DNA of 64,000 nt from contig JBGPPD010000001.1 in NCBI GenBank assembly GCA_041488375.1, positions 16,667 to 80,666 of the forward strand, given 5' to 3'. A program made the translations under genes and the position numbers. This stretch comes from Gammaproteobacteria bacterium. GTDB lineage: Bacteria > Pseudomonadota > Gammaproteobacteria > Burkholderiales > SG8-39. Numbering within the stretch: the stretch's first letter is position 1; each line of letters begins with the position of its first letter. Shown here in pieces: positions 30,196-41,025 of this stretch. Under the pieces are notes generated by a model. It had not been told where the DNA came from. It worked only from the letters and a program-made list of their open reading frames with translations, and did no database searches.

Positions 30196-31033
30196 GGGCT
30201 GCCAGAGTGCGTGCGCGTGGTACCCGTTCAAGCTCCCAGCCGTCCTCGTCCTGCCCGAGGAAGCGCCGGGCGCGCGCCAGTTCGCGCTTCGGATCCGACA
30301 GGTCGAGCGCCCGTGCGCCGGTCTGCTTGGACAATTTCTCGCCTGCGTCGTTGACCGCGACCGGCAGGTGGGCGTAGCGCGGCGTGGGTGCACCGAGGAT
30401 GCGCTGCAAGTGAATCTGGCGCGCGGTCGAATCGAGCAGGTCGGCGCCGCGCACCACGTCGGTCACGCCCTGGTCGAGATCGTCCAGCACGACGGCGAGC
30501 TGGTAGGCGAAGATGCCGTCGGCGCGCAGCAATACGAAGTCACCGACCTCCTTCTCGACGCGTTGCTCGATCCTTCCCTGGACGCGGTCGACGAAACCGA
30601 TGGGTGTGGCATGCGTGCGCAGGCGCACCGCGCGCGCGCTCTTGCCCGCGGCGAGCCCGTGGCGGCAGGTGCCCGGATAGATGCGCGAGCCGTCGATGGC
30701 CAGCGCCGAGTCTTCCAGCTCCTTGCGGGTGCAGCCGCAGCCGTAGGCGAAGCCGCGGCTCGCGAGGTCCTCGATCGCTGCTGCGTAGCGCCCGACGCGG
30801 GCGCTTTGCCGCAGGACCGGCCCGTCCCATTCGAAGCCGAGCAGTTCCAATGCGCGCAGGATCTGGTCGGCGGCGCCCGGCTCCTCCCGCGGCGCGTCGA
30901 GGTCCTCGATGCGCAACAGCCACTTGCCTCCTGCGGCCTTGGCCTCCATATAGCTGGCAAGCGCCGCGACCAGCGAACCGAGGTGCAAAGGCCCTGTCGG
31001 CGATGGGGCGAAGCGGCCCGCGTAAGCGCTCAT
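30185..31033 (-). CDS. gluQ: tRNA glutamyl-Q(34) synthetase GluQRS
   Basis: ATG 31033 gives MSAYAGRFAPSPTGPLHLGS (HIGH-like); truncated GluRS catalytic domain size (~282 aa). Confidence 0.9.
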   Translation of the reverse strand: MSAYAGRFAPSPTGPLHLGSLVAALASYMEAKAAGGKWLLRIEDLDAPREEPGAADQILRALELLGFEWDGPVLRQSARVGRYAAAIEDLASRGFAYGCGCTRKELEDSALAIDGSRIYPGTCRHGLAAGKSARAVRLRTHATPIGFVDRVQGRIEQRVEKEVGDFVLLRADGIFAYQLAVVLDDLDQGVTDVVRGADLLDSTARQIHLQRILGAPTPRYAHLPVAVNDAGEKLSKQTGARALDLSDPKRELARARRFLGQDEDGWELERVPRARTLAAPTS

Positions 31034-31086
31034 GCGGACTAGGTTACACTGCGCCGGAGATCGGAAATTGCAGAGGAAGGCGGTCC

Positions 31087-31470
31087 ATGGCAACGGTCGA
31101 ATTGACCAAGGAAAACTTCGAGAAGGTGGTCACCGAAAGCCCGATGGTGATCGTGGACTTCTGGGCGCCGTGGTGCGGACCCTGCCGCGGCTTCGCGCCG
31201 ATCTACGACAAGGCGGCCGAAACGCACCAGGATGTGGTGTTCGGCAAAGTCAACACCGAAGTGGAGGAGGAGCTGGCGGGCGCCTTCGGCATTCGCTCAA
31301 TCCCCACGTTGATGGTATTCCGCGAGAAGGTGGTGTTGTTCCAGGAGGCCGGCGCCCTGCCGGCCGCGGCGCTGGAGCAGGTGATCAGCCAGGCCAAATC
31401 GCTCGACATGGCCAAAGTGCACCAGGAAATCGCGGCACGCGCACAGCAGGAACAGCAGAAACAGGCTTGA
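31087..31470 (+). CDS. thioredoxin with Gln/Ala-rich C-terminal tail
   Basis: FWAPWCGPCR active site; 127 aa. Confidence 0.92.
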   Translation: MATVELTKENFEKVVTESPMVIVDFWAPWCGPCRGFAPIYDKAAETHQDVVFGKVNTEVEEELAGAFGIRSIPTLMVFREKVVLFQEAGALPAAALEQVISQAKSLDMAKVHQEIAARAQQEQQKQA

Positions 31471-31552
31471 GCCGGGTCGGCGCCCCGGGGGCGAGCCCGG
31501 GGAAACTTGTGCGCCGGATTCCGATCCAACGCACTGTGTCGAGGAAACCAAG

Positions 31553-32251
31553 ATGACCGAACTGCGCCCCGCGGGCGAACGCGGCTATGCCGACCATGGC
31601 TGGCTCAAGTCCTACCACAGCTTCTCCTTCGCCGACTACCACGACCCGCGCCACATGGGCTTTGGGGCGCTGCGCGTGATCAACGAGGACCGCGTCGCGC
31701 CGGGCACCGGCTTCGGCACGCACGGGCACCGCGACATGGAGATCATCAGCTATGTCTTGGAGGGCTCGCTCGGCCACCAGGACTCCATGGGCAACGGCTC
31801 GACCATCGTACCGGGGGACGTGCAACGCATGAGCGCCGGCAACGGCGTGCGCCACAGCGAATTCAACCACGAGAAGGCCGGCAGCACGCATTTCCTGCAG
31901 ATCTGGATCGAGCCCAGCGTGACCGGCATCGCGCCGTCCTACGAGCAGAAGCATTTCGACGCCGCCGCCAGGCGCGGACGCTTGCGCCTCATCGCCTCGC
32001 CCGACGGCGCCGAGGGCTCGGTCACCCTCCACCAGGATGCGCGCGTCTACGCCGCGCTGCTCGATGGCCCGGAGCGCGCGTTGCACCGGCTGCAGTCGGG
32101 GCGGCGCGCCTACCTGCACGTGGCGCGCGGCAGCCTCAAGGTGAACGGGCAGGTCCTGGGCGCGGGCGACGCGCTGAAGATCGGCGGGACCCCGGAAGTG
32201 GCGCTCGAGCAGGGCGCCAATGCGGAAGTGCTGCTGTTCGATCTTCCCTAG
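31553..32251 (+). CDS. pirin family protein (YhhW-like, 232 aa)
   Basis: Cupin metal site FGTHGHRDMEIISYVLEG...H...E. Confidence 0.9.
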   Translation: MTELRPAGERGYADHGWLKSYHSFSFADYHDPRHMGFGALRVINEDRVAPGTGFGTHGHRDMEIISYVLEGSLGHQDSMGNGSTIVPGDVQRMSAGNGVRHSEFNHEKAGSTHFLQIWIEPSVTGIAPSYEQKHFDAAARRGRLRLIASPDGAEGSVTLHQDARVYAALLDGPERALHRLQSGRRAYLHVARGSLKVNGQVLGAGDALKIGGTPEVALEQGANAEVLLFDLP

Positions 32252-32261
32252 GAGCACGAGC

Positions 32262-33134
32262 GTGGCTGCCAACCTCGACAGGATCAGGAGCGACGCGGCG
32301 ACGCGCGAGGTGACGCGCGTCATCGCCTCGCATTTCACCCCGGTCACGCCGACCCTGCTGGTGCGCCGTGCGCTGCCCGATGCGGGCCTGCGCAATGTCG
32401 GGCCGTGGATCTTCCTCGATCATTTCGGTCCCCTGCAGGTGGGCCAGGGCGATCGGGGCACGCCGCCGCACCCACACGCGGGCATCGAGACGGTGACTTA
32501 CCTGCTGGAGGGTGGCATGCGTCACCGCGACTCGCTGGGCCACCAGGGCGCGGTCGGAGCGCACGGCGCGCAGTGGATGGCCGCCGGGCGCGGCATCGTG
32601 CACGCCGAGCGCCCCGCGGTCGGCGCACTGCACGGGCTGCAGTTGTGGGCCAAGCTGCCGCGCGCCATCCAGATGACCGACCCGACCTATCGCAACCTCG
32701 GTGCCGAGGAACTGCCGGTGTTCCGCGCCGGCGATGCGCAGGCACGCGTCGTGGGCGGCGAATTGATGGGCCACATCAGCCCCGCGCCGACGCGCTGGCC
32801 CCTGTTGCTGGCGCACGTGTCGTTCACGGCGCGCGGGCGCGCGCGCCTGGAGGTGCCCGGCGGATTCGACCTCGCGGCCTACGTCGCGCTCGGCCAGGCG
32901 CGTTTCGGCGAGGTCGAGGCTGATGCCGGCAAGCTGGTGAAATTTTCCCGCGAGGGCACGCAGTGCGAAGTGGCCAACGACTTCGAGGAGCGCGCCGACG
33001 TGATCCTGCTCGGGGGCGCGCCGCTGGACGAGCCGATGGTGTTCCGCGGTCCGTTCGTCATGGACGGCGCAGCCGCGCTGCGTACCGTCGAGCAGGCTTA
33101 CCAGGCGGGACGAATGGGCGGACTCGCGGAGTAG
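32262..33134 (+). CDS. pirin family protein (two-domain, 290 aa)
   Basis: GTG 32262 seven nt after GGAG; [17 protein letters not shown] cupin motif. Confidence 0.87.
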   Translation: MAANLDRIRSDAATREVTRVIASHFTPVTPTLLVRRALPDAGLRNVGPWIFLDHFGPLQVGQGDRGTPPHPHAGIETVTYLLEGGMRHRDSLGHQGAVGAHGAQWMAAGRGIVHAERPAVGALHGLQLWAKLPRAIQMTDPTYRNLGAEELPVFRAGDAQARVVGGELMGHISPAPTRWPLLLAHVSFTARGRARLEVPGGFDLAAYVALGQARFGEVEADAGKLVKFSREGTQCEVANDFEERADVILLGGAPLDEPMVFRGPFVMDGAAALRTVEQAYQAGRMGGLAE

Positions 33135-33165
33135 ACTAGCGTCTTTGGCAGGTACGGAGGCGCAG

Positions 33166-33642
33166 ATGGCAGTGGCAATGGATACCGGCATTTCGGCGAA
33201 GGACCGCGCATCGATTGCGGGCGGCCTGTCGCGCCTGCTGGCCGACACTTACATCCTGTACCTGAAGACGCACAACTTCCACTGGAATGTCGAAGGGCCG
33301 ATGTTCCAGACGCTGCACCAGATGTTCATGACCCAGTACACCGAGGCCTGGAACGCGGTCGACCCGATCGCCGAGCGCATCCGTGCGCTGGGCCACTATG
33401 CCCCGGGCAGCTACCGGCAGTACATCAAGCTCGCGACGGTCAAGGAGAGCGACGGCGTGCCGAAGGCCGAGAAGATGGTGCGCGAGCTGATCGAGGGTCA
33501 GGAGGCGGTCGCGCGCACCGCGCGCTCGGTGCTGCCGCTGGCCGAGCGCGCGAACGACCAGCCGACGCTCGACCTGCTGACGCAGCGCCTCGACATCCAC
33601 GAGAAGAACGCCTGGATGCTGAGGAGCCTGCTGAAGAAATAG
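33166..33642 (+). CDS. dps: Dps family DNA-protecting ferritin-like protein
   Basis: ATG 33166 five nt after GGAGG; [24 protein letters not shown] ferroxidase-site pattern. Confidence 0.9.
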   Translation: MAVAMDTGISAKDRASIAGGLSRLLADTYILYLKTHNFHWNVEGPMFQTLHQMFMTQYTEAWNAVDPIAERIRALGHYAPGSYRQYIKLATVKESDGVPKAEKMVRELIEGQEAVARTARSVLPLAERANDQPTLDLLTQRLDIHEKNAWMLRSLLKK

Positions 33643-33644
33643 CC

Positions 33645-35039
33645 TTGGCGGGTACGCGCCTCGAAAATGATTCTTTCGGGCCGATCGAGGTGCCGGCCGA
33701 TCGGCTGTGGGGCGCGCAAACCGAGCGGAGTCGCCGCTACTTCCGCATTTCCGGCGAGCGCATGCCGCTCGCTGTGATCCACGCGCTGGCCCTCGCCAAG
33801 CGCTCCGCGGCGCGCGTCAACAGGGCGCTCGGCCTGCTCGAGGCACGCAAGGCGGAGGCCATCGAGCGCGCCGCCGACGAGGTGCTCGCCGGGCGCCACG
33901 ACGACGAGTTCCCGCTGGTGGTATGGCAGACCGGGTCGGGCACGCAGTCCAACATGAACGTCAACGAGGTGCTGGCCAATCGCGCCTCCGAGCTGCTGGG
34001 CGGCGAGCGCGGGCAAAAGCGCCTGGTGCACCCCAACGACGAGGTCAACCTCGGCCAGTCCTCGAACGACGTGTTCCCGACGGCGATGCACGTGGCCGCG
34101 GCGCGCGCCATCGAGCACGATTTGCTGCCGAGGCTCGAACGGCTGGAGGCGACGCTGGCGGCCAAAGCCGAGGAATTCGCGGCCATCGTCAAGATCGGCC
34201 GTACGCACCTGCAGGACGCGACGCCGCTCACGCTGGGCCAGGAGTTCTCCGGCTATGTCGAGCAGCTGGCACAGTCCGAGGCGGCGATCGAACTGGCGTT
34301 GCCCGGGCTTTGCGAGCTGGCCATCGGCGGCACTGCGGTCGGCACCGGACTCAACACGCACCCCGAATTCGGCGAGCGCGTGGCGCAGGACCTGTCGCAG
34401 GCCACCGGCATGTCTTTCGAGTCGGCGCCGAACAAATTCGCCGCGTTGGCCGGACACGAGCCCCTGGTGTTCGCGCATGGCGCCCTGAAGACGCTGGCGG
34501 TGGCGCTGACCAAGGTCGCCAACGACATCCGCTGGCTCGCCTCGGGGCCGCGCTCGGGACTGGGCGAACTGCGCATCCCGGAGAACGAGCCGGGCAGCTC
34601 GATCATGCCGGGCAAGGTCAATCCGACGCAGGCCGAGGCGCTGACCATGCTGTGTGCGCAGGTGTTCGGCAACGACGCGGCGATCACCTTTGGCGCGGCC
34701 TCCGGCAACTTCGAGCTCAACGTCTATAAGCCGCTGCTGATCCACAATTTCCTGCAAAGCGTGCGCCTGCTCGCGGACGGCTGCGCCTCGTTCGAGGAGC
34801 ACTGCGCGCGCGGCATCCAGGCGGAGGAGGCGCGGATTCGCGAGCTGCTGGACCGCTCGCTGATGCTGGTGACTGCGCTGGCGCCGCATCTGGGCTACGA
34901 CCGCGCGGCCGAGATTGCCAAGAAGGCGCACCGCGAAGGCTGCACCCTGAAGGAGGCGGCATTGGCGCTCGGCTACCTGAGCGCCGCCGACTATGACCGT
35001 TGGGTGCGGCCTGACGCGATGACCAAACCCGCTGCGTGA
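33645..35039 (+). CDS. fumC: class II fumarate hydratase
   Basis: TTG start; [22 protein letters not shown]-terminus; [13 protein letters not shown] signature. Confidence 0.96.
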   Translation: MAGTRLENDSFGPIEVPADRLWGAQTERSRRYFRISGERMPLAVIHALALAKRSAARVNRALGLLEARKAEAIERAADEVLAGRHDDEFPLVVWQTGSGTQSNMNVNEVLANRASELLGGERGQKRLVHPNDEVNLGQSSNDVFPTAMHVAAARAIEHDLLPRLERLEATLAAKAEEFAAIVKIGRTHLQDATPLTLGQEFSGYVEQLAQSEAAIELALPGLCELAIGGTAVGTGLNTHPEFGERVAQDLSQATGMSFESAPNKFAALAGHEPLVFAHGALKTLAVALTKVANDIRWLASGPRSGLGELRIPENEPGSSIMPGKVNPTQAEALTMLCAQVFGNDAAITFGAASGNFELNVYKPLLIHNFLQSVRLLADGCASFEEHCARGIQAEEARIRELLDRSLMLVTALAPHLGYDRAAEIAKKAHREGCTLKEAALALGYLSAADYDRWVRPDAMTKPAA

Positions 35040-35911
35040 GGCGGCGCCGATTCCTGCTGGCTGCGGCAGCCCTCGCGGCCCTGCCGGCCAAGGCCGAAGC
35101 GCGCTTTGCCCGGGGCCTGCTGTGGCGAGTGAGCGCACCTGGCGCGCCCCCCAGCCACGTGTTCGGCACTCTGCACGCCGCCGACGCCCGCCTCGCCCTG
35201 CTGCCCGCTGCGGCGCGCAAGGCGTTCGATGGCTCGCGCTCGCTGATGCTCGAGTTCGTGGCCGATCCCTACGCCAAGGAGCGCTTTCTCGAGGCGGCCA
35301 TGTTCCTCGACCGGCGCACGCTGCAGGAGACCATCGGCGAGGAGGATTTCGAGCGCGCCTGCGAAGCGCTCGAGCCGGCCGGCCTGTCGCGCGAATTCGT
35401 CAACAAGATGAAGCCCTGGGGCGTGCTGCTGAACCTGCGCAGCTCCTGGCAACCGTCCGCGGTGCCGACACCGGACGCGCAATTGCATGCGCTGGCGCTC
35501 GAGCGGCGCATGCCGGTGGTGCAGGTGGAGGAAGTGGAAGAGCAGGTCTTCACCTTCGATGAATTGCCGATGGCGTCCCAGGTGGCGTTGCTCAAGGACG
35601 GCCTGGCCCACCGAGAGGAGCTGGCGGCGCTCGCGGAACGCACGCTGTTGGCCTACCTGGCGCGCGACCTGGACGCCATCTGGCGTGCCCAGGAGGCCTA
35701 CGCGCAGCGCCACCCCGCCGTCGCCGCGCACCACGCCGCGCTGGTGAAACGGGTGGTGCTCGACCGCAGCGTCGTGATGGCGTTCCGCATGCAGCGCGAA
35801 TTGCGCCGCGGGCGCGCCTTCGTGGCGCTCGGCGCCCTGCACCTGTACGGCGAGCAGGGCGTGCTCGCGTTGCTCGAGCAGGACGGCTATCGGACGCGGC
35901 GCCTGTATTAG
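35036..35911 (+). CDS. TraB/GumN family protein with signal peptide
   Basis: GTGA overlap with fumC; [20 protein letters not shown] signal; LLWRV...HVFGTLHA motif. Confidence 0.82.
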   Translation: MRRRRFLLAAAALAALPAKAEARFARGLLWRVSAPGAPPSHVFGTLHAADARLALLPAAARKAFDGSRSLMLEFVADPYAKERFLEAAMFLDRRTLQETIGEEDFERACEALEPAGLSREFVNKMKPWGVLLNLRSSWQPSAVPTPDAQLHALALERRMPVVQVEEVEEQVFTFDELPMASQVALLKDGLAHREELAALAERTLLAYLARDLDAIWRAQEAYAQRHPAVAAHHAALVKRVVLDRSVVMAFRMQRELRRGRAFVALGALHLYGEQGVLALLEQDGYRTRRLY

Positions 35912-35923
35912 ACTGCGCGCCTC

Positions 35924-36541
35924 ATGTCGGTCGTCGTCCTCATCTCCGGTCGCGGCAGCAACCTGCAGGCGATCCTCGAGGCCGGGATACCGGTCACGAT
36001 AGTCATCAGCAACAAGGCGGACGCCGCCGGGCTCGCGATCGCGGCGCGCCGGGGCGTGGCCACCGGGGTCGTCGAGCACCGGCACTACGCCACGCGCGAA
36101 GCCTTCGATGCTGCCCTCGCTGCGCAAATCGACCGGCACCAGCCCCGCCTGGTGGCGCTGGCGGGTTTCATGCGAGTGCTCACGCCTGCGTTCGTGGCGC
36201 GCTACGCCGGCCGGCTGGTCAACATCCATCCGTCCCTGCTTCCCGAATTCCCCGGACTGGACACCCATGCGCGTGCGCTGGCGGCCGGCGTCAAGCGCCA
36301 CGGCTGCACGGTGCATTTCGTTACCGCGGAACTGGACCATGGACCGATCATCGCCCAGGCATCGGTGCCGGTCCTGCCGGGCGACACCCCGGATACACTG
36401 GCGGAGCGTGTGCTGCGCCAGGAGCATCGGCTATACCCGCGCGCCATCCGCTGGTTCCTCGACGGCGACCTGGTGATCGAAGGGGACAAAGTCCACGTCA
36501 AGGGAGACCATGCGCAAATGGTGGTCAGCGATCGGGCTTAG
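35924..36541 (+). CDS. purN: phosphoribosylglycinamide formyltransferase
   Basis: VVLISGRGSNLQAI, NIHPSLLP, HFVTAELDHGPII motifs. Confidence 0.94.
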   Translation: MSVVVLISGRGSNLQAILEAGIPVTIVISNKADAAGLAIAARRGVATGVVEHRHYATREAFDAALAAQIDRHQPRLVALAGFMRVLTPAFVARYAGRLVNIHPSLLPEFPGLDTHARALAAGVKRHGCTVHFVTAELDHGPIIAQASVPVLPGDTPDTLAERVLRQEHRLYPRAIRWFLDGDLVIEGDKVHVKGDHAQMVVSDRA

Positions 36542-37193
36542 CCTGTGCGCGGCGGCGCAAGCTGCGCCGCCCGCGCGCGTGGAGATTGCCTATGAAGTGC
36601 TGTACAACGACGGCGTGATCGCCGACGTGACCCATGTTCTCGAGCACGACGCCGTCAGCTACCGGCTGACCGAGCGCTGGAAGGGCAGGGGCATCTTCGC
36701 GCTGGCAGGCGAGGCGCAACGCACGAGCCGCGGCACGATCGCCGCCGACGGGCTGCGCCCGCTCGAGTACGAGGACGTGCGCAGCCGGCGCGAGCCGGCG
36801 CGAGCGCGGTTCGAATGGGGGACGGGAATGCTGACGCTCCAGTTCCGCGACGGTCCGCAAACCCGGCCGATGCCGGCGCACGCCCAGGATCGGCTCAGCT
36901 TCCTGTATGCCTTCGCCTTCCGTGCGCCGGACGGCCAGCCGACCGAGTTCAATGTCGTCGACGGCAAGGGCGTGGCCAACTACGTTTTCGACAGCGCGGG
37001 CCGCGAGCGCATCGCCGTTCCCGCGGGCGAGTTCGACGCGCTGCGCCTGGTACAGCGCAAGGACAATCCGGGGGACCGCAGCAGCGAAATCTGGCTCGAC
37101 CCCTCACGTTCCTTTCTGCCGCTGCGCGTCCTGGTGGTGCAGAAGGACGGCACGCGCATCGACCAGGTCGCCGCGCACGTCAGCGTGCCATGA
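36510..37193 (+). CDS. DUF3108-like secreted protein
   Basis: Signal peptide, beta-rich body; conserved purN-X-rsmB position; family assignment from memory only. Confidence 0.7.
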   Translation: MRKWWSAIGLSLCAAAQAAPPARVEIAYEVLYNDGVIADVTHVLEHDAVSYRLTERWKGRGIFALAGEAQRTSRGTIAADGLRPLEYEDVRSRREPARARFEWGTGMLTLQFRDGPQTRPMPAHAQDRLSFLYAFAFRAPDGQPTEFNVVDGKGVANYVFDSAGRERIAVPAGEFDALRLVQRKDNPGDRSSEIWLDPSRSFLPLRVLVVQKDGTRIDQVAAHVSVP

Positions 37194-38443
37194 TCGTCTT
37201 CCGCGCCCAGCTGGCGCGCGCGGAGGCGCTGCTCGGCGAGCTGCTGTCGACCTCGGGACCGGCGGACGCCGCGGTGTCGCGCTATTTCCGGGCCCACCGC
37301 AACCTCGGCCAGCAGGACCGGGCCTTCGTCGCGGAAACGGTCTACGCAGTGCTGCGCCGCCGACGCTCGCTCGAGGCCGCCGCACAATCCGCGTCTCCGC
37401 GTGACCTCGCCATTGCGGCGCTGGTGCGGGTGCGCGGGCTGTCCGGGCGCGCGCTGGAGGGCGCGCTGCGCGAGGGCGAGCAGGCCCTGGTGTCACGCGT
37501 GAAGGCCGCCAAGGCGGAGGGATTCCCACCGGCCGTGCGCGCGGACCTGCCCGATTGGCTCTGGCAGCGGCTCGAGTCGCTGTACGGTCAGGACGAGGCG
37601 ATGCGCATGGCGCAGGGCCTGCTCAATCCCGCGCCGCTCGACTTGCGCGTCAATCTGGCCAAGCTGGGCCGCGACGAAGCGCTCGATCGCTTGCGGGCCA
37701 GCGGCTTCGAAGGGGCGGCGACGCCTTATTCGCCCGCTGGCATCCGTCTGGCCGGCAAGCCGGCCATCAACAAGCACGCGTTGTTCACCAGCGGCGCGGT
37801 CGAAGTGCAGGACGAAGGTAGCCAACTGCTCGCCTACCTGCTGGCGCCGCGGCGCGGCGAGATGGTCGCCGACTACTGCGCCGGCGCAGGCGGCAAGACG
37901 CTGGCACTAGCCATGCTGATGCGCGGCACAGGGCGGATCTACGCCATGGACGTTTCAGCCAAGCGCCTGGCGGAGCTTGCGCCGCGCGCCGCGCGCGCCG
38001 GCGTGACCAGCGTGCACCCGCTCGTGCTCTCGGGAGAAGGGGATACCCGTGCCAAGCGCCTGAGCGGCAAGATCGATCGTGTGCTGGTGGACGCCCCCTG
38101 CAGCGGTTTCGGCACCCTGCGGCGCAATCCGGACCTCAAGTGGCGCCATGGGCCGCAAGCCATCGCGGAGCTGGCGGCAAAGCAGGCAGGCATCCTGCAG
38201 GCGGCTGCGCGGCTATTAAAGCCTGGAGGGCGCCTGGTGTACGCAACCTGCAGCATCCTTCCCGAGGAAAACGAAAACATCGCCGACGCGTTCGGCGCGG
38301 CGCACGCGCAATTCGCGCCGCTTTCCTGCCGCGAACTCCTGGTCGCGCAGCGCATCGATGTGGATTGCGGCGAGCGGCTGAGGCTCTGGCCGCACCGCCA
38401 CGGCTGCGACGGCTTTTTCGCTGCGGCCTTCGAGCGCCGATAG
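37190..38443 (+). CDS. rsmB: 16S rRNA m5C methyltransferase RsmB/Sun family
   Basis: ATGA overlap with upstream gene; NusB-like N-domain, DAPCSGFGTLRRNPD and YATCSILPEENE motifs. Confidence 0.9.
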   Translation: MIVFRAQLARAEALLGELLSTSGPADAAVSRYFRAHRNLGQQDRAFVAETVYAVLRRRRSLEAAAQSASPRDLAIAALVRVRGLSGRALEGALREGEQALVSRVKAAKAEGFPPAVRADLPDWLWQRLESLYGQDEAMRMAQGLLNPAPLDLRVNLAKLGRDEALDRLRASGFEGAATPYSPAGIRLAGKPAINKHALFTSGAVEVQDEGSQLLAYLLAPRRGEMVADYCAGAGGKTLALAMLMRGTGRIYAMDVSAKRLAELAPRAARAGVTSVHPLVLSGEGDTRAKRLSGKIDRVLVDAPCSGFGTLRRNPDLKWRHGPQAIAELAAKQAGILQAAARLLKPGGRLVYATCSILPEENENIADAFGAAHAQFAPLSCRELLVAQRIDVDCGERLRLWPHRHGCDGFFAAAFERR

Positions 38444-38579
38444 AAATTCCCTTTCCGCAACGGGGGGTTAGGCTGCCGTAGGGAAATGCCTGACGCCATA
38501 GGGGATTTTCTGGTTGCGCGGGGGGTCCAATGGCGTACAATTCTAGGCACTGTTTGCACATAACTATCAGAAAGGACTA

Positions 38580-39752
38580 ATGATTTTCTCCGGATACCTC
38601 GATTTGCCCTGGTGGGGCCTGATCCTCGTGGCGCTGGGTTTGACGCACGTCACGATCGCGTCGGTGACCATCTTCCTGCACCGGCACCAGGCGCACCGCG
38701 CCCTGGACCTGCACCCCATCGCGTCGCATTTCTTCCGTTTCTGGCTCTGGCTGACCACCGGCATGGTCACCAAGGAATGGGCGGCGATCCACCGCAAACA
38801 TCACGCCAAGTGCGAAACGGCGGAGGATCCGCACAGCCCGCAAATCCTGGGCATCAACCGGGTCCTGTGGGGCGGCGTGTTCCTGTACGTGAAGGAGTCG
38901 CACAAGGCCGAGACGATGGAGCGCTACGGCCACGGCACGCCAGACGACTGGATCGAGCGCAAGCTGTATTCGCGCTACGCCATCCTCGGCCTGACGGTTG
39001 CGGGCTTGGTCAACGTGGTCCTGTTCGGCCTGGTGCCCGGGGTCCTGATCCTGCTGACGCAGATCGTCTGGATCCCGTTCTGGGCAGCCGGCGTGATCAA
39101 CGGCATCGGACACTATTGGGGCTACCGCAGCTTCGACATCGATGACGCCAGCAAGAACATCGTGCCCTGGGGCATCCTGATCGGGGGCGAAGAGCTGCAC
39201 AACAACCACCATGCCTATGCCACGTCGGCCAAGTTGTCGGCCAAATGGTACGAGTTCGACATCGGCTGGCTGTACATCCGGATTCTAGAAGCGCTGGGAT
39301 TGGCGACGGTGAAGAAAGTGGCGCCGACGCCGCGTTTCGAACCCGCGAAGACCATGTGCGACTACGACACGCTGCACGCCGTCATCGCCAATCGCTACGA
39401 CGTGCTGGCGCGCTATGCCAAGGCGGTCCGGCGCACCTGGAGCGACGAGGTGGAGCGGCTGCAGCGCTGGTCGCCGCGCGATGCCGAACTGCTCAAGTCG
39501 CTCAAGCGGGCGCTGGTGCGCATCGGCTACGGTTCCGAGGCCGACCGCGCGCGCGTCGCCGAGGCGCTGAAACCCTCGAAGCCGCTGCAGGTGGCGGTGA
39601 GCATGCGCGAAGAACTGATCGCCCTTTGGGGGCGCTCCAGCGCCACCAAGGAGCAGCTGCTGCGCCAATTGCAGGATTGGTGCCATCGGGCCGAGGCAAG
39701 CGGCATCGTGCCGCTGGTGGATTTTTCCCGCCGCCTGCGCAGCTATGCCTGA
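38580..39752 (+). CDS. membrane acyl-CoA (delta-9 type) fatty acid desaturase
   Basis: Three histidine boxes HRHQAH, HRKHH, HNNHH; 390 aa. Confidence 0.9.
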   Translation: MIFSGYLDLPWWGLILVALGLTHVTIASVTIFLHRHQAHRALDLHPIASHFFRFWLWLTTGMVTKEWAAIHRKHHAKCETAEDPHSPQILGINRVLWGGVFLYVKESHKAETMERYGHGTPDDWIERKLYSRYAILGLTVAGLVNVVLFGLVPGVLILLTQIVWIPFWAAGVINGIGHYWGYRSFDIDDASKNIVPWGILIGGEELHNNHHAYATSAKLSAKWYEFDIGWLYIRILEALGLATVKKVAPTPRFEPAKTMCDYDTLHAVIANRYDVLARYAKAVRRTWSDEVERLQRWSPRDAELLKSLKRALVRIGYGSEADRARVAEALKPSKPLQVAVSMREELIALWGRSSATKEQLLRQLQDWCHRAEASGIVPLVDFSRRLRSYA

Positions 39753-39765
39753 GCGGATCCAGGAA

Positions 39766-39795
39766 AGAAAAAGGCCCGCCTAGGCGGGCCTTTTC
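39766..39795. terminator. bidirectional rho-independent terminator (desaturase / rpmG)
   Basis: GAAAAA-GGCCCGCC-ta-GGCGGGCC-TTTTC. Confidence 0.7.
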
Positions 39796-39815
39796 ATTGG
39801 CGACGGCGCGGCGCG

Positions 39816-39971
39816 CTACTTGAGCTTGGTTTCCTTGTAGAGCACGTGCTTGCGCGCCTTCGGATCGTACTTCTTGATTTCGAGCTTGTCCGGCGTGGTG
39901 CGCTTGTTCTTGGTGGTGGTGTAGAAGTGGCCGGTGCCGGCGCTGGATTCGAGTTTGATCTTTTCGCGCAT
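39816..39971 (-). CDS. rpmG: 50S ribosomal protein L33 (not in ORF track, below 60 aa)
   Basis: Hand translation: [51 protein letters not shown]; 2 nt downstream of rpmB. Confidence 0.93.
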   Translation of the reverse strand: MREKIKLESSAGTGHFYTTTKNKRTTPDKLEIKKYDPKARKHVLYKETKLK

Positions 39972-39973
39972 GT

Positions 39974-40222
39974 TCAGCCCTGCTTCGCGTCAGCTTTGGC
40001 CTTGGCGCGGATTTCCGCCAGCACGGCCTCGACGCCCAGCTTGTCGATCTTGCGCAGGCCGGCAGTGGACACGCGCAGCCGGACGAAGCGGCTCTGGCTC
40101 TCGAGCCAAAAGCGGCGGTAGTGCAGGTTCGGCTGGAACAGGCGCTTGGTCTTGTTGTTGGCGTGGGAAACGAGGTTTCCCTTCATCGGTTTCTTGCCGG
40201 TGACCTGGCAGACGCGGGACAT
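39974..40222 (-). CDS. rpmB: 50S ribosomal protein L28
   Basis: [33 protein letters not shown]. Confidence 0.95.
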   Translation of the reverse strand: MSRVCQVTGKKPMKGNLVSHANNKTKRLFQPNLHYRRFWLESQSRFVRLRVSTAGLRKIDKLGVEAVLAEIRAKAKADAKQG

Positions 40223-40252
40223 GGTGCGCTCCGGGAATCGCGAAAGGCGCGG

Positions 40253-40258
40253 ATTATA
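40253..40258 (-). promoter_or_regulatory. -10 hexamer TATAAT upstream of rpmB
   Basis: Minus strand TATAAT about 30 nt upstream of rpmB ATG; -35 weak. Confidence 0.4.
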
Positions 40259-40259
40259 A

Positions 40260-40289
40260 CGAAAAATCGGCCCTGACCCCGATTTTTCG
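40260..40289 (-). terminator. hairpin terminator directly after radC stop
   Basis: GAAAAATCGG ... CCGATTTTTC 10-bp inverted repeat abutting radC TGA. Confidence 0.5.
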
Positions 40290-40964
40290 TCAGAGTAGGC
40301 CCCGCTCGGCGAAGGACAGGGTCTGGTTGCCGGCGACGATGAAGTGGTCGAGGACTTTCACGTCCACCAGGGCCAGAGCCTCCTTCAGCTGCCGCGTCAG
40401 CATCTCGTCCGCCTGGCTCGGTTGGGCCACCCCCGACGGATGGTTGTGCGCGAAGATCACCGCGGCGGCGTTGGCGGCGAGCGCCGACTTCACCACCTCG
40501 CGCGGGTAGACGCTGGTCTGCGTGAGCGTGCCGCGGAACAGCTCCACGCTGCTCAGCACCCGGTGCTGGGCGTCCAGGAACAGCACCACGAACACTTCGT
40601 GGTGGCGAGCGCCGAGGGCGAGGCGCAGGTAGTCGCGCACCGCACCGGGGGACGCGAGCACGCCGCCCGCTCTCAGTTCTTCGTGCAGCGACCGGCGCGC
40701 GAGCTCGAGGATCGCCGTGAACTGCGCGGCCTTCGCGGGTCCCAGCCCGCTCACCTGCAACAGGTCCGTCAGTTGGGCGGCTAGCAGGCCGGTGAGACCG
40801 CCAAAGCGCGCGATCAGCTCGCGCGCCAGATCCACCGCAGTCTTGCCACGGACCCCTGAGCGCAGGCACAGCGCCACCAGTTCGGCATCCGACAGCCCCG
40901 CGGCACCCCTGGCCAGCAGCCTCTCACGCGGTCTTTCCTGCTCCGGCCAATCGGCGATCCCCAA
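40290..40964 (-). CDS. radC: RadC-family JAMM domain protein
   Basis: HhH N-terminus, [12 protein letters not shown] motif. Confidence 0.92.
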   Translation of the reverse strand: MGIADWPEQERPRERLLARGAAGLSDAELVALCLRSGVRGKTAVDLARELIARFGGLTGLLAAQLTDLLQVSGLGPAKAAQFTAILELARRSLHEELRAGGVLASPGAVRDYLRLALGARHHEVFVVLFLDAQHRVLSSVELFRGTLTQTSVYPREVVKSALAANAAAVIFAHNHPSGVAQPSQADEMLTRQLKEALALVDVKVLDHFIVAGNQTLSFAERGLL

Positions 40965-41025
40965 AGCGCCCCCCCTCGAATTCCCCTAGAATCCTGCTTC
41001 CCTTAACGCGCCAGCCCTAGGCACG

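Noticed and set aside
38486-38563. 25-codon upstream ORF (MPDAIGDFLVARGVQWRTILGTVCT) in the desaturase leader
   Set aside because: It has no convincing RBS, no recognisable peptide features and no evidence of conservation. It is most likely chance.
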